DNA of 64,000 nt from an uncultured Candidatus Actinomarina sp. Its GTDB lineage: Bacteria > Actinomycetota > Acidimicrobiia > Actinomarinales > Actinomarinaceae. The position numbers and the translations under genes were made by a program. The notes under the pieces are model-generated. The model was not told the DNA's origin. It saw nothing but the letters and a program-made list of their open reading frames with translations, and did no database searches. This document shows, in pieces, positions 10,513 to 19,421 of this stretch. The stretch is from positions 265,534-329,533 of the forward strand of contig CACNFT010000001.1 of NCBI GenBank assembly GCA_902619825.1, in the 5' to 3' direction. Every line of letters begins with the position of its first letter. Within the stretch, counting starts at the first letter, position 1.

Positions 10513-10920
10513 TTAATCAACCTTTGGTGCATTTTTAAACTGAACTGGTATTCTTCCAGTTCCATAATCTTTTCTTAAGGGGTGCCCAACCCAATCATCA
10601 GGCATAAGAATTCTTGTTAAGTCTGGGTGGTTTTCAAAATTAATTCCAAACATATCAAACACTTCTCTTTCATAAAAATTTGCACTTGGATATAAACTTG
10701 TAATTGAAGGTATTGACAACTCGTCAGTCAATTTAACCTTGATGCAAACTCTTTTGTTTTTTGAAACAGATAAAAAATTAACAACTAGTTCAAATCTAGG
10801 TTCTTTTTTTCTAAACCAGTCAACAGCTGTTAAATCCACCATCATTTCAAAACCATTATTTTTTAATTCTTCAACTTTTTGAAAATAATCATCTACTTTT
10901 ATGTCTAAATTCTCTACCAT
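10513..10920 (-). CDS. nuoC: NADH-quinone oxidoreductase subunit C (30 kDa subunit, unusually short)
   Basis: 135 aa; conserved 30-kDa core (ERExFDMFGIxFxxHPDLxRIL); lies between nuoB and nuoD. Confidence 0.8.
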   Translation of the reverse strand: MVENLDIKVDDYFQKVEELKNNGFEMMVDLTAVDWFRKKEPRFELVVNFLSVSKNKRVCIKVKLTDELSIPSITSLYPSANFYEREVFDMFGINFENHPDLTRILMPDDWVGHPLRKDYGTGRIPVQFKNAPKVD

Positions 10921-11381
10921 TATCTATTAATTTCTCTATCCATAATTTTCTGATGAAGTGTTAATATTCCATGCATCAATGACTGTGGTCCAGGTGGGCA
11001 TCCTGGAACATAGATATCAACTGGAACTATATGATCAACACCTTGAACTAATGCATAATTGTTAAACATACCCCCAGTAGAAGAACAAGCACCCATTGCA
11101 ATCACCCACTTAGGCTCAGCCATTTGATCATATACCTGTCTAAGAACAGGCGCCATTTTTTGAGATACTCTTCCTGCAACTATCATCAAATCAGCCTGTC
11201 TTGGTGAAGCTCTAAAAACCTCCATTCCATATCTGGCTAGGTCATACTTGGCTGAACCAGCAGCCATCATTTCAATAGCACAGCACGCAAGACCAAAAGT
11301 TACCGGCCACATAGATTGTGTTCTTGACCAACGAACAGCTTTGTCGATAGTTGTTGTAAATATATTGTCAGGTGAGAACAT
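10920..11381 (-). CDS. nuoB: NADH-quinone oxidoreductase subunit B (20 kDa, N2 cluster)
   Basis: [22 protein letters not shown] and VPGCPP cysteine motifs. Confidence 0.92.
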   Translation of the reverse strand: MFSPDNIFTTTIDKAVRWSRTQSMWPVTFGLACCAIEMMAAGSAKYDLARYGMEVFRASPRQADLMIVAGRVSQKMAPVLRQVYDQMAEPKWVIAMGACSSTGGMFNNYALVQGVDHIVPVDIYVPGCPPGPQSLMHGILTLHQKIMDREINR

Positions 11382-11791
11382 TATTCATTAACTCCCTCAT
11401 AATTTGTGGCTGGTTCGTGATATCTCTGCCTTCTGGGTACATTCCAGTCAAGAACATTTCTTTTCCAAACATAATATAGAGTCTCAAGTACAAAAAATGT
11501 AAATATGAAAATGACTACTATTCCATACCAACCCAACTTATCAAATCGTGTTGCCCACGCCAGAAGAAATATTATTTCAATATCAAAAACTATATATAAC
11601 ATTGCAACCATATAAAATTTAACTGGAAATCGTTGAGAGGGTTCTTCTTCAGGAAAAATACCTGATTCATAGGGAGTTAATTTTTCAGGTGTTGGATTTT
11701 TTGGTGATAAAAGATAACTTACTCCAAGTGAGGCAATCGCAAACCCAATACCAATAAATAACATAACTAATATTGGTAACCAATCAATCAC
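11381..11791 (-). CDS. nuoA: NADH-quinone oxidoreductase subunit A
   Basis: 136 aa, 3 TM, first gene of the nuo operon; single-nucleotide overlap with nuoB start. Confidence 0.85.
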   Translation of the reverse strand: MIDWLPILVMLFIGIGFAIASLGVSYLLSPKNPTPEKLTPYESGIFPEEEPSQRFPVKFYMVAMLYIVFDIEIIFLLAWATRFDKLGWYGIVVIFIFTFFVLETLYYVWKRNVLDWNVPRRQRYHEPATNYEGVNE

Positions 11792-11803
11792 ATTCCCTCC
11801 CTA

Positions 11804-11822
11804 TTTGTGAAATATTTCACAA
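11804..11822. promoter_or_regulatory. Rex operator (TTGTGAA-N4-TTCACAA perfect inverted repeat) in the nuoA upstream region
   Basis: Sequence tatTTGTGAAatatTTCACAAtg read directly; sits 13-30 bp upstream of the nuoA start. The Rex ROP consensus and Rex control of nuoA-N in Actinobacteria are established knowledge. Coordinates ±2 nt. Confidence 0.6.
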
Positions 11823-11858
11823 TGTACTCTCCTATTTTAGTACCGATTTTGCTTTTTG

Positions 11859-13148
11859 CTATAAGGAAAAGGTGGGAGATTTAGTAAAAAACCTTAATGT
11901 TTTAAAGGGTAAAATGAATTTAAAAGCTAATGAAAAAGTCTCTTTAACCGTCAATCTTGCTTCATCAAATAACAGCTCAACAACAAAATTTATGGTGTTT
12001 TTATCTACCGATGCAATTTTTAGTAATCTTTTTGTCATGAAAGGACTTTGTAAAACTAGTCGAGCAATTGAACAGCTAAGAAAATGCATACCAAATCTTT
12101 TGTTTAAAGCTTTCTCATATTTTTTTAAGTTAATATTTAACTTATTTTCTTTGTTTTCATTCAATGAAACCGATGTTTCTTTTGCAAGTAAATATCCTGC
12201 TTCCATGCCGTAAAAAATACCTTCTCCACTCATGGGGTTGATCATTGAACCAGCATCTCCGACAAGAGCTACTTTATCATGTGCAAGTTTTGGTCTAGAG
12301 GATGCAAATGGAAGCATATAACTTTTTTCCATCCTTAAGTTATCAACAATTACTCCTTTGGATTCCAATGTTCCTATAAAGCTATCTAGCATTTCATTAA
12401 TATCCATTTTGTCTTTTTTAAATAAATTTAATGGCATACCAATACCAATATTTATTAAATTACCCTTACTAGGGAAAGCCCAAGCATAACCTTTTAATGC
12501 TGAAACATTGATTTCAAACATAAGTGTTCTTTCTTTAAATATTTCTAAATAATTTGGACTGTCAATATAGGCTCTTATAGCAATTGCTTTGTGTATGTCA
12601 CTATTTTGTTTTAAATCTAAACTTTTTCTAACTCTTGAATTTGCACCATCTGCACCTACCAACAATTTTGTGAATAAAAACTTTTTTTCTTTATCAATAT
12701 TTTCGATTTCTACTTTTAAAATGTCTTCATTTTCAGTTTGTTCATAATTTAAATACCTAACACCTTCATATGAATGTACATCGAGATTTTTTGCAATTTC
12801 AAAAATTCTATTATCGAGTTCATATCTTGGGATAACATAAACAACAGAATCATCTTTGTTTTTAACTTTTGGAATATAATTTTGGATTCCTATATTATCG
12901 GGACCATATAAAGATGTTGAAATAACCTCAGGTTCACCGTCAAGTATATGTTCATTGTTAAATCTTTTTAAAGCATTAATTACCCCAGGACCAATTGCAT
13001 CACCACAAGACTTATCTCTTGGAAAAATAGCTTTGTCAATAATTCCAACCTTTAAATCAGGATTTAAATTTTTGTAAGAAATTGCAGTATTAGATCCAGA
13101 GGGACCTGCCCCTACAATTAAAACATCGAATATTTCATTATTTTTCAT
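11859..13148 (-). CDS. Geranylgeranyl reductase family FAD-dependent oxidoreductase (menaquinone side-chain reductase-like)
   Basis: N-terminal DVLIVGAGPSGS Rossmann motif plus PRDKSCGDAI motif; same position upstream of nuoA as the geranylgeranyl reductase in Streptomyces and mycobacteria (MenJ-like). Confidence 0.75.
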   Translation of the reverse strand: MKNNEIFDVLIVGAGPSGSNTAISYKNLNPDLKVGIIDKAIFPRDKSCGDAIGPGVINALKRFNNEHILDGEPEVISTSLYGPDNIGIQNYIPKVKNKDDSVVYVIPRYELDNRIFEIAKNLDVHSYEGVRYLNYEQTENEDILKVEIENIDKEKKFLFTKLLVGADGANSRVRKSLDLKQNSDIHKAIAIRAYIDSPNYLEIFKERTLMFEINVSALKGYAWAFPSKGNLINIGIGMPLNLFKKDKMDINEMLDSFIGTLESKGVIVDNLRMEKSYMLPFASSRPKLAHDKVALVGDAGSMINPMSGEGIFYGMEAGYLLAKETSVSLNENKENKLNINLKKYEKALNKRFGMHFLSCSIARLVLQSPFMTKRLLKIASVDKNTINFVVELLFDEARLTVKETFSLAFKFILPFKTLRFFTKSPTFSL

Positions 13149-13239
13149 GATTTATGACCTAAAAATACCTTATTTATTAATAAATCATAAATTTAAGTAA
13201 AAATAAAATATTTTTAAAGTAATTTACCTTATTTTTATA

Positions 13240-13905
13240 TTGTTATTAGATTGTGCATTAGTGAAAGAAAATAGCAATATACCACCAGCAACAGTAAAGA
13301 GATTACCTCTGTATCTTCAATGCTTAGAACAAATTGATGATCAAAATATTGGAATTTCATCTAAAAAATTAGCAGAAATTGCAAAAGTAAATGATGCTCA
13401 AGTTCGTAGAGACTTATCATATTTAGGCACACTAGGAACTAGAGGCGTAGGATATGATATTTCAACATTGAGAAATCAGATTCAATTAGAACTTGGTCTG
13501 GTCGAAGGATGGAGCGCTGTAATAGTTGGAGTTGGTAACCTTGGATCAGCACTTGCACATTACGGAGGATTTCAAGAACGAGGATTTGGTGTTGTGGGAT
13601 TATTTGATGACGATACAAAAAAAATCAATAAACAAATAGCTGGCCTCGTAGTTAAACCCACATCTGATATTGAAAGTGTTTGTGAAAAGTACAATGTTGC
13701 AATTGGCATTATTGCAACACCTGGAAAAGTTGCTCAAGAAATTGCAGATCAGTTAGTCGACTGTGGAGTAAAGTCAATATTAAATTTCGCTCCAGTATTA
13801 TTAAAGAATATTCCAGATGTTCAAATTAGATCTGTCGACCTCTCACAAGAATTACAAATACTAAGTTACTACTTAGAAAGACCCGTTCTTAAAGCTGTCA
13901 AATAA
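13240..13905 (+). CDS. rex: Redox-sensing transcriptional repressor Rex
   Basis: IPPATVKRLPLY..., RRDLSYLG, GVGNLGSAL (Rossmann NADH-binding), ILNFAP. The real start is probably the GTG ~21 nt inside the track ORF (VKENSNIPPATVKRLPLY aligns with Rex N-termini). Confidence 0.85.
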   Translation: MLLDCALVKENSNIPPATVKRLPLYLQCLEQIDDQNIGISSKKLAEIAKVNDAQVRRDLSYLGTLGTRGVGYDISTLRNQIQLELGLVEGWSAVIVGVGNLGSALAHYGGFQERGFGVVGLFDDDTKKINKQIAGLVVKPTSDIESVCEKYNVAIGIIATPGKVAQEIADQLVDCGVKSILNFAPVLLKNIPDVQIRSVDLSQELQILSYYLERPVLKAVK

Positions 13906-13906
13906 T

Positions 13907-15187
13907 TTATTTCTGATATATATATCCAAGTAAAGATCTAAATAGCAAACTAACATTTAAACCAATCCAAAGTGTTGGTATCGTATTCTGTGTTCTTAGT
14001 AGATAAGTGCAAACTAGAAATCCAGAAACTGAAGAAGCCACAGTAAGAAAAGAAAATTCTTTAGCCCTATCAAGTCCTAGAAGTACTCCATCCCAAAGAA
14101 ATGCGTAACAACCTATAAATAGACTTAGAGCAACGAGAACTGTTAATTGTAAATCGATATATAGATCAAATTTGTCATCCCCAAACATTTCAACAAAATT
14201 ATCTAAAAATAAAACAGTTATTAATGCAAGGATGAAAGATATAGCTGTGGTTACCAACACAAGCTCTTTTTGTAATCCAGATTTTTGATATTTTTCTTTT
14301 TTTGAAACAAGTTCAGAAATTAGTGTTTGAGAAGCAATCGCAATTGCATCAACAAAAATATAGCCTACTGACCATAACTGAAGCAAGATGTGTTGCAAGG
14401 CTATTTCCTGCATAGACATAAGAGAAGCTCTATTTCTTAAATATGCCATGAACAAGGTAAGAAATAATGATCTAATCAAAATATATGTTCCGACGCTAAA
14501 AAATTTTTTTCGTAAACTAGGTTTGTCTATTTGCTCTTCTGTGTAAGGAATATCGCTTAATTGTCTATTTAGAATAATTGTTGAATAAATAGAAGCACAA
14601 AAAAAGGAAAGAGAACTAGCAAACCCGATCCCACCAGCACCAAAACCTAGAAATAGTCCAAAAAATAAGCTAAAAAATATATTTGAGATTGATACTATTA
14701 ATGCGCTATAAAAAGTAATTTTTGCATGCTTTAATCCCCTCAATACAGCAGTGGAGTGCATATTTACCAAATAAAATGGTAGTCCGATACATCTAAAGAC
14801 TAGATAATCAGAAGAAAGTAGCTGTATATTTGGAGTAGGTTGAAAAGTCGAAATTAAATAACCACTGCTTACGTACAAAATTAAAAATGATCCTAAACCT
14901 AGCAATATCGAAACATTTCTTCCAAACTTTATAAAATAATTTAATTTATTGATTTCATTTTTAGTTTTAAGAGAGGAAACTAGTGGTGTTGTTCCATATG
15001 CTAGAAAGATAAAAACCCAAATAAAAACAAAATAAATTGTTTCTCCAATACCAATTGCAGAAAGCGTGTCTAAATTTATAACACTAGCAATCTTTGAATC
15101 AATTAGACCAACTATCGGTTCTAAGGCTAGCCACAAAAAAATAGGATATGAATTAATCCAAATATCTTTTCTAACTGTATTAATCAT
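13907..15187 (-). CDS. MOP-superfamily (MATE-like) polytopic efflux/flippase membrane protein
   Basis: 426 aa with ~12 predicted TM helices and no soluble domain; composition resembles MATE/MviN; no diagnostic motif, so the family call is tentative. Confidence 0.45.
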   Translation of the reverse strand: MINTVRKDIWINSYPIFLWLALEPIVGLIDSKIASVINLDTLSAIGIGETIYFVFIWVFIFLAYGTTPLVSSLKTKNEINKLNYFIKFGRNVSILLGLGSFLILYVSSGYLISTFQPTPNIQLLSSDYLVFRCIGLPFYLVNMHSTAVLRGLKHAKITFYSALIVSISNIFFSLFFGLFLGFGAGGIGFASSLSFFCASIYSTIILNRQLSDIPYTEEQIDKPSLRKKFFSVGTYILIRSLFLTLFMAYLRNRASLMSMQEIALQHILLQLWSVGYIFVDAIAIASQTLISELVSKKEKYQKSGLQKELVLVTTAISFILALITVLFLDNFVEMFGDDKFDLYIDLQLTVLVALSLFIGCYAFLWDGVLLGLDRAKEFSFLTVASSVSGFLVCTYLLRTQNTIPTLWIGLNVSLLFRSLLGYIYQK

Positions 15188-15479
15188 TGAAATTATCAGC
15201 TTTTAATAGACCCCAAATCATAATCTGCTCATGAGCTTCAATACCTAAATCTTGAGGTGTAATAACTTTTTCAAATTTGTAAATTGTTTTGGTAAAATTA
15301 TTCAATAATTGAGTTGGAGTTTGTGTTTGCTCAGAATATGGAAGATTGAACTCATTAATTAATATATTTTCTAACTCTTGAAAATCTACATCATTAATTT
15401 TGATGTTCTCATTTTTTAAATATTGTTTTAAACCTGTACAGAGAGATTTTGCAAAAGAGGTTATTTCTAAATTTGTCAT
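15180..15479 (-). CDS. Hypothetical small acidic protein (co-transcribed between CvpA-CAP gene and MATE-like gene)
   Basis: 99 aa ORF with an 8-nt overlap with the downstream gene and a 4-nt overlap with the upstream gene; no recognisable motif. Confidence 0.4.
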   Translation of the reverse strand: MTNLEITSFAKSLCTGLKQYLKNENIKINDVDFQELENILINEFNLPYSEQTQTPTQLLNNFTKTIYKFEKVITPQDLGIEAHEQIMIWGLLKADNFND

Positions 15480-16489
15480 GCAAATATTTGAACAATAATT
15501 AAACCATTCGGACCAGACACTATTCCAATACCAATTCGTTTAAATTCGTTATCTGTTATTGTCGCTCTATGTGATTCAGAATTCATTAGGCTTTGATGAC
15601 CAGAATAAATTGTTGATGCCATTGCTAAATTTTCACCAATAAATTTTGGAGGTGGATAACCAACTTCTAAAAGTCTTTCAGTAACTAAATATCCATTGTT
15701 TGGATCTTTGTGACACCAAAAACCCTCTGTGTACATTTTTTTCGCATAGTTTTCTGCAATATTCGATAATGTTTGAGAGAACTCTAAAGGATCAGAATTA
15801 ACATTTATTCTTTCGACATTAACCATTTCAAACAACTCATTAGTTTCACTTGTTTTGGAAATTAATTTTGATTGAGTAAAAGAAGGGATTTCAAGACATC
15901 CTGATTCATCTAACGAAATAGAGGTGCTGCCTGTGAGTTCCTTTATTCTTGATGTAACTTTTAATAAATCTGTTCCAGTAATGACTTCGAGTGTTTGTTG
16001 GGGTACTCCTTCAGAATTAAGATAAAACGATACAATATTTGACTGATCAATGTTTTCTTGTACATATTTTGGTAAGGAAAGAAGAGATAAAATTGTAAAC
16101 ATAAATGTAAGAACTAAATTGCTCAAAACAATAGAGGTAATGCTACCCAATAACTTATTTCCTATATCTTTTTTAGATCCTTCCCTGTAAATTAAATTTT
16201 GAAAAATCGAACTCAATGTCAAGATTGTAATGAATATTGCGACACCTGCAAAAATTTGTGAAGTTTGCTGGTTGGAATTTAGCCAGCCACTTATATATTC
16301 ACCAATCGAAAAGGAATAAGTAAAACTTAAATAGATTGATATAAGAAAAGCTATCAAATAATAAATAATTAATACAGAGCCTTTTTTCCATCCGAAATAA
16401 ATAAGATAAACAATAAATATATATATAAATATGTCTAAATAATCTAAACTATTAAGAAAAGTTAACAAATTTTCTAAATTTTCAACCAT
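15476..16489 (-). CDS. Membrane protein with N-terminal CvpA-like 4-TM module and C-terminal CAP/SCP (YkwD-like) domain
   Basis: N-terminal ~140 aa resemble CvpA (colicin V production) helices; C-terminus GENLAMASTIYSGHQSLMNSESHRATITDNEFKRIGIGIV matches the YkwD/CAP GENIA...WMNSxGHRxNIL...IGVG signature. Confidence 0.5.
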   Translation of the reverse strand: MVENLENLLTFLNSLDYLDIFIYIFIVYLIYFGWKKGSVLIIYYLIAFLISIYLSFTYSFSIGEYISGWLNSNQQTSQIFAGVAIFITILTLSSIFQNLIYREGSKKDIGNKLLGSITSIVLSNLVLTFMFTILSLLSLPKYVQENIDQSNIVSFYLNSEGVPQQTLEVITGTDLLKVTSRIKELTGSTSISLDESGCLEIPSFTQSKLISKTSETNELFEMVNVERINVNSDPLEFSQTLSNIAENYAKKMYTEGFWCHKDPNNGYLVTERLLEVGYPPPKFIGENLAMASTIYSGHQSLMNSESHRATITDNEFKRIGIGIVSGPNGLIIVQIFA

Positions 16490-16607
16490 TTTTTAAAATT
16501 TTTTGCTTCTGCTATTGAAGAGTACACAAATTACGCTATTGTTGTTATACATTCCTACAAATATGTAGGAATTTTTTAATTTCAGTGACTGAAAGGAAAT
16601 TATATAT

Positions 16608-17894
16608 ATGAAGAATCGCAAAGCTTTAGCTTTGATTGCGATTTTAGCACTAATTGCAACTGCCTGTGGTGGTAGTGATGGAGGTAGTGATGAAGCGGAG
16701 GTTACAACAACTGAAGCTCCAGCAACTACCGAAGCTCCGACAACTACAGCTGCTCCTGTTGCCTCAGATCCTTTAGTTCTTGGTACTCTTATGCCATTAA
16801 CAGGTGATCTCGGCTTCTTAGGGCCTGGTATTGAATCAGGTGCAATTCTTGCTGTTAAGCAAATCAATGCTGCTGGCGGAATCAATGGACAAGATGTTGT
16901 CTGGGTACAAGGTGACTCAGGAACAGCTCCAGATGTTGCATCCGCTAGTTTAGCTACGCTAATTAGTGAAGGTGTTGCTGGAGTAATGGGTGCCGCTGCT
17001 AGTGGTATCTCTTTAGCTATTATGCAAACTGCTATTGATGCAGGTGTAGTAATGGTTTCTCCTTCAAATACATCACCACAATTTACAAAAGTAAAAAATG
17101 GTGGGTTTTACGCAAGAACAGCTCCTTCTGACCTTTTACAAGGTGCAGTTTTAGCTCAAGTACTTATTGATGACGGAGTGGAAACTCTCTCAATAATTTC
17201 AAGAGCAGACTCATATGGTAGAGGATTGGCAGAAGCTACTGCTGCTGCATTTGAAGATGCTGGCGGAGTTGTTAATACAATCGTTTATCACGACCAAAAT
17301 GCTACAGAATTCTCTTCTGAAGTAACACAGGTTGGTAAGAATAGTTCCGATGCTATAGTTGGAATCTTATTCCCATCAACAGGTTGTGGAGTATTACAAG
17401 CTGCTTTTGAACAAGGAACTATCGAAACTCCATGGTATTTTACTGATGGTGTTCGTGGTGCAAATCTAAGTACAGAATGTGGATTAGGTAATGCACTTGA
17501 TGGTTACAAGGGTACAGCTCCAGGATCAACTGCCGGAGATGCATTAGATGCATTTACAGCTGCTTATCAAGCAGAATTTGGTGAAGATCCAGCTCCATAT
17601 TCAGCTCAAGCTTATGATGCAATTATGATTATGGCATTATCTGCTGCCGCAAATGGAGTAACAGGTGCTGATATAGCATCAGGACTTGTTGAGGCATCTG
17701 GTGTTGGTACGCCGTGTATTGGAGTTGCTTGTCTAGAAGACGCAGCTGCAGGTAAAGATATCGATTACAAAGGTGCATCAGGAGATATAAATCTTGATGA
17801 ACAAGGTGATCCTACAGCTAGCACTTATGATGTATGGCAAATCACTAGTGGTGATGAAGAAGAGGTTATTAAGTCAATAGACTTTGGATCTTAA
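16608..17894 (+). CDS. livJ: Branched-chain amino-acid ABC transporter substrate-binding lipoprotein (LivJ/LivK family)
   Basis: Signal peptide with lipobox LIATAC, Thr/Ala/Pro-rich linker, periplasmic-binding-protein type I fold motifs; convergent with livFGMH. Confidence 0.8.
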   Translation: MKNRKALALIAILALIATACGGSDGGSDEAEVTTTEAPATTEAPTTTAAPVASDPLVLGTLMPLTGDLGFLGPGIESGAILAVKQINAAGGINGQDVVWVQGDSGTAPDVASASLATLISEGVAGVMGAAASGISLAIMQTAIDAGVVMVSPSNTSPQFTKVKNGGFYARTAPSDLLQGAVLAQVLIDDGVETLSIISRADSYGRGLAEATAAAFEDAGGVVNTIVYHDQNATEFSSEVTQVGKNSSDAIVGILFPSTGCGVLQAAFEQGTIETPWYFTDGVRGANLSTECGLGNALDGYKGTAPGSTAGDALDAFTAAYQAEFGEDPAPYSAQAYDAIMIMALSAAANGVTGADIASGLVEASGVGTPCIGVACLEDAAAGKDIDYKGASGDINLDEQGDPTASTYDVWQITSGDEEEVIKSIDFGS

Positions 17895-17913
17895 TTCAAG
17901 CTATTAAATTTAA

Positions 17914-17944
17914 AAAAGGCTCGATGCAAATCGGGCCTTTTTTA
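17914..17944. terminator. Bidirectional intrinsic terminator between livJ(+) and livF(-)
   Basis: aaaaaaGGCTCGATgcaaATCGGGCCttttttat: ~11-bp stem, GCAA loop, A-run upstream and T-run downstream; overlaps the livF stop codon. Confidence 0.55.
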
Positions 17945-18658
17945 TAACTTCCCTAAGTATAATTCAACTACTTTATCATCATTGAGTAAATCTTCACCAG
18001 ACCCTGTGTAGGCATTTCTACCCTGATCAAGGACATAACCTCTATCACAAAACTTCAAAGCTCTTTTTGCATTTTGTTCAACCAGGAGTATTGATACACC
18101 ATTTTGGTTAATTAAATTTATATATTCAAAAACCTCATCTATCGCCTTCGGTGACAAACCTGCTGATGGTTCATCAAGTAAAATTACATTAGGTTTGGAA
18201 ATTAATGCTCTTCCTAATGCTAAAAGCTGTCTTTGACCACCTGACAAGTTGCCTGCTCTTTCTTTTTTTTTATCAAATAAAATATTGAACATATCATAAA
18301 TTTCATTAAAAGAATCTTTGTGCCTCTCTTTTGCTCCCCAGTTTCCCATTTCCAAATTTTCCTCAATTGTTAGGCTCGGAAAAACATTTTGCACTTGTGG
18401 TACATAGCCAATTCCCATTTGTGCTAATTTATAACTTTTTATTTCCTTAAGCTCTGCTCCATTAAAATAAATTTTTCCACCAAAAATAGGTATAAGTCCA
18501 ACGATTGCTTTAAGCAAAGTTGATTTACCTGCTCCATTAGGGCCAATTATTGAAACAATCTCCTTATCTTTTAATACGAGATCAACACCTTGAAGTATGT
18601 TAAGACCCTTGACATATCCTGAAGCTAGGCCGTTTACTTCAATTATTGGGTTATTCAT
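17942..18658 (-). CDS. livF: Branched-chain amino-acid ABC transporter ATP-binding protein LivF
   Basis: Walker A GPNGAGKST, signature LSGGQRQ, Walker B ILLDEP; 238 aa. Confidence 0.85.
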   Translation of the reverse strand: MNNPIIEVNGLASGYVKGLNILQGVDLVLKDKEIVSIIGPNGAGKSTLLKAIVGLIPIFGGKIYFNGAELKEIKSYKLAQMGIGYVPQVQNVFPSLTIEENLEMGNWGAKERHKDSFNEIYDMFNILFDKKKERAGNLSGGQRQLLALGRALISKPNVILLDEPSAGLSPKAIDEVFEYINLINQNGVSILLVEQNAKRALKFCDRGYVLDQGRNAYTGSGEDLLNDDKVVELYLGKL

Positions 18659-19421
18659 CAGAACTTCCTAAATATGCTTCAATAACTTTTTTATCAGATC
18701 TTACAAAATCTGGTTTCCCATCAGAAATTATTTTACCTTCAGCCATAACAACAACTCTGTCTGATATTTTCATCACTGCATTTATATTGTGTTCAACCAT
18801 TAATATGTTTATACCTTTAGCGTTTAAATTAGTAATTATTTCAAGAATATTATCAGCCAATTTTGGATTTACCCCAGCTAATGGTTCATCGAGAAGTAGT
18901 ATTTCTGGATCTTTCATTAGAGACCTTCCTAATTCTAATAATTTTTTTTGACCACCTGAAAGTTCTCTTGCATAAGCATTTCTCATTTCATATAAATTTA
19001 GCATTTTCAAAGTGTCATCAATTTTTTCAATTAAGTTTCCTTCATCTTTTCTTAATGAAGTTTTATTAAACAAAGAATTCAAAAAACCCTCATTTTTTAT
19101 TGAACTTCCAGCAAATTGCATATTTTCATAAACTGTCATGCGATCAAAAACTCTTGTTAATTGGAATGTTCTAACCATTCCTAGTCTGGCAAGCATATAA
19201 GAGTTTGTTTTTGAAACATTTTTGTTTTTAAAAAATATAGACCCTGAGTCAGCATCTTGAAATCTTGTAATTAAATCAAAAAAGGTTGTTTTTCCTGCTC
19301 CATTTGGTCCAATCAAACTAGTTATCTCGTTTGAATTTATTTGAAAATTTTCAACATTTACAGCTTCTAGACCACCAAAGCTTTTAGTAAGGGAGTTTAC
19401 AGATAATATATTATTTGACAT
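18651..19421 (-). CDS. livG: Branched-chain amino-acid ABC transporter ATP-binding protein LivG
   Basis: Walker A GPNGAGKTT, LSGGQKK, LLLDEP; 256 aa; 8-nt overlap with livF. Confidence 0.85.
   Translation of the reverse strand: MSNNILSVNSLTKSFGGLEAVNVENFQINSNEITSLIGPNGAGKTTFFDLITRFQDADSGSIFFKNKNVSKTNSYMLARLGMVRTFQLTRVFDRMTVYENMQFAGSSIKNEGFLNSLFNKTSLRKDEGNLIEKIDDTLKMLNLYEMRNAYARELSGGQKKLLELGRSLMKDPEILLLDEPLAGVNPKLADNILEIITNLNAKGINILMVEHNINAVMKISDRVVVMAEGKIISDGKPDFVRSDKKVIEAYLGSSDE

Noticed and set aside
13149-13239. Second Rex box and repeats (TACCTTATTT x2, palindrome TTTATTAATAAA) in the rex / geranylgeranyl-reductase divergent promoter region
   Set aside because: There is no TTGTGAA...TTCACAA match. 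The repeats are short and composed almost entirely of A/T, so they are indistinguishable from low-complexity background.
16608-17894. Locally elevated GC in livJ, the BMP binding-protein gene (31335..32459) and hppA, as a possible sign of horizontal acquisition
   Set aside because: The GC excess comes from Ala/Gly/Thr-rich protein composition (GCT/GGT/ACT codons with A/T third positions), consistent with native highly expressed genes, not foreign DNA.
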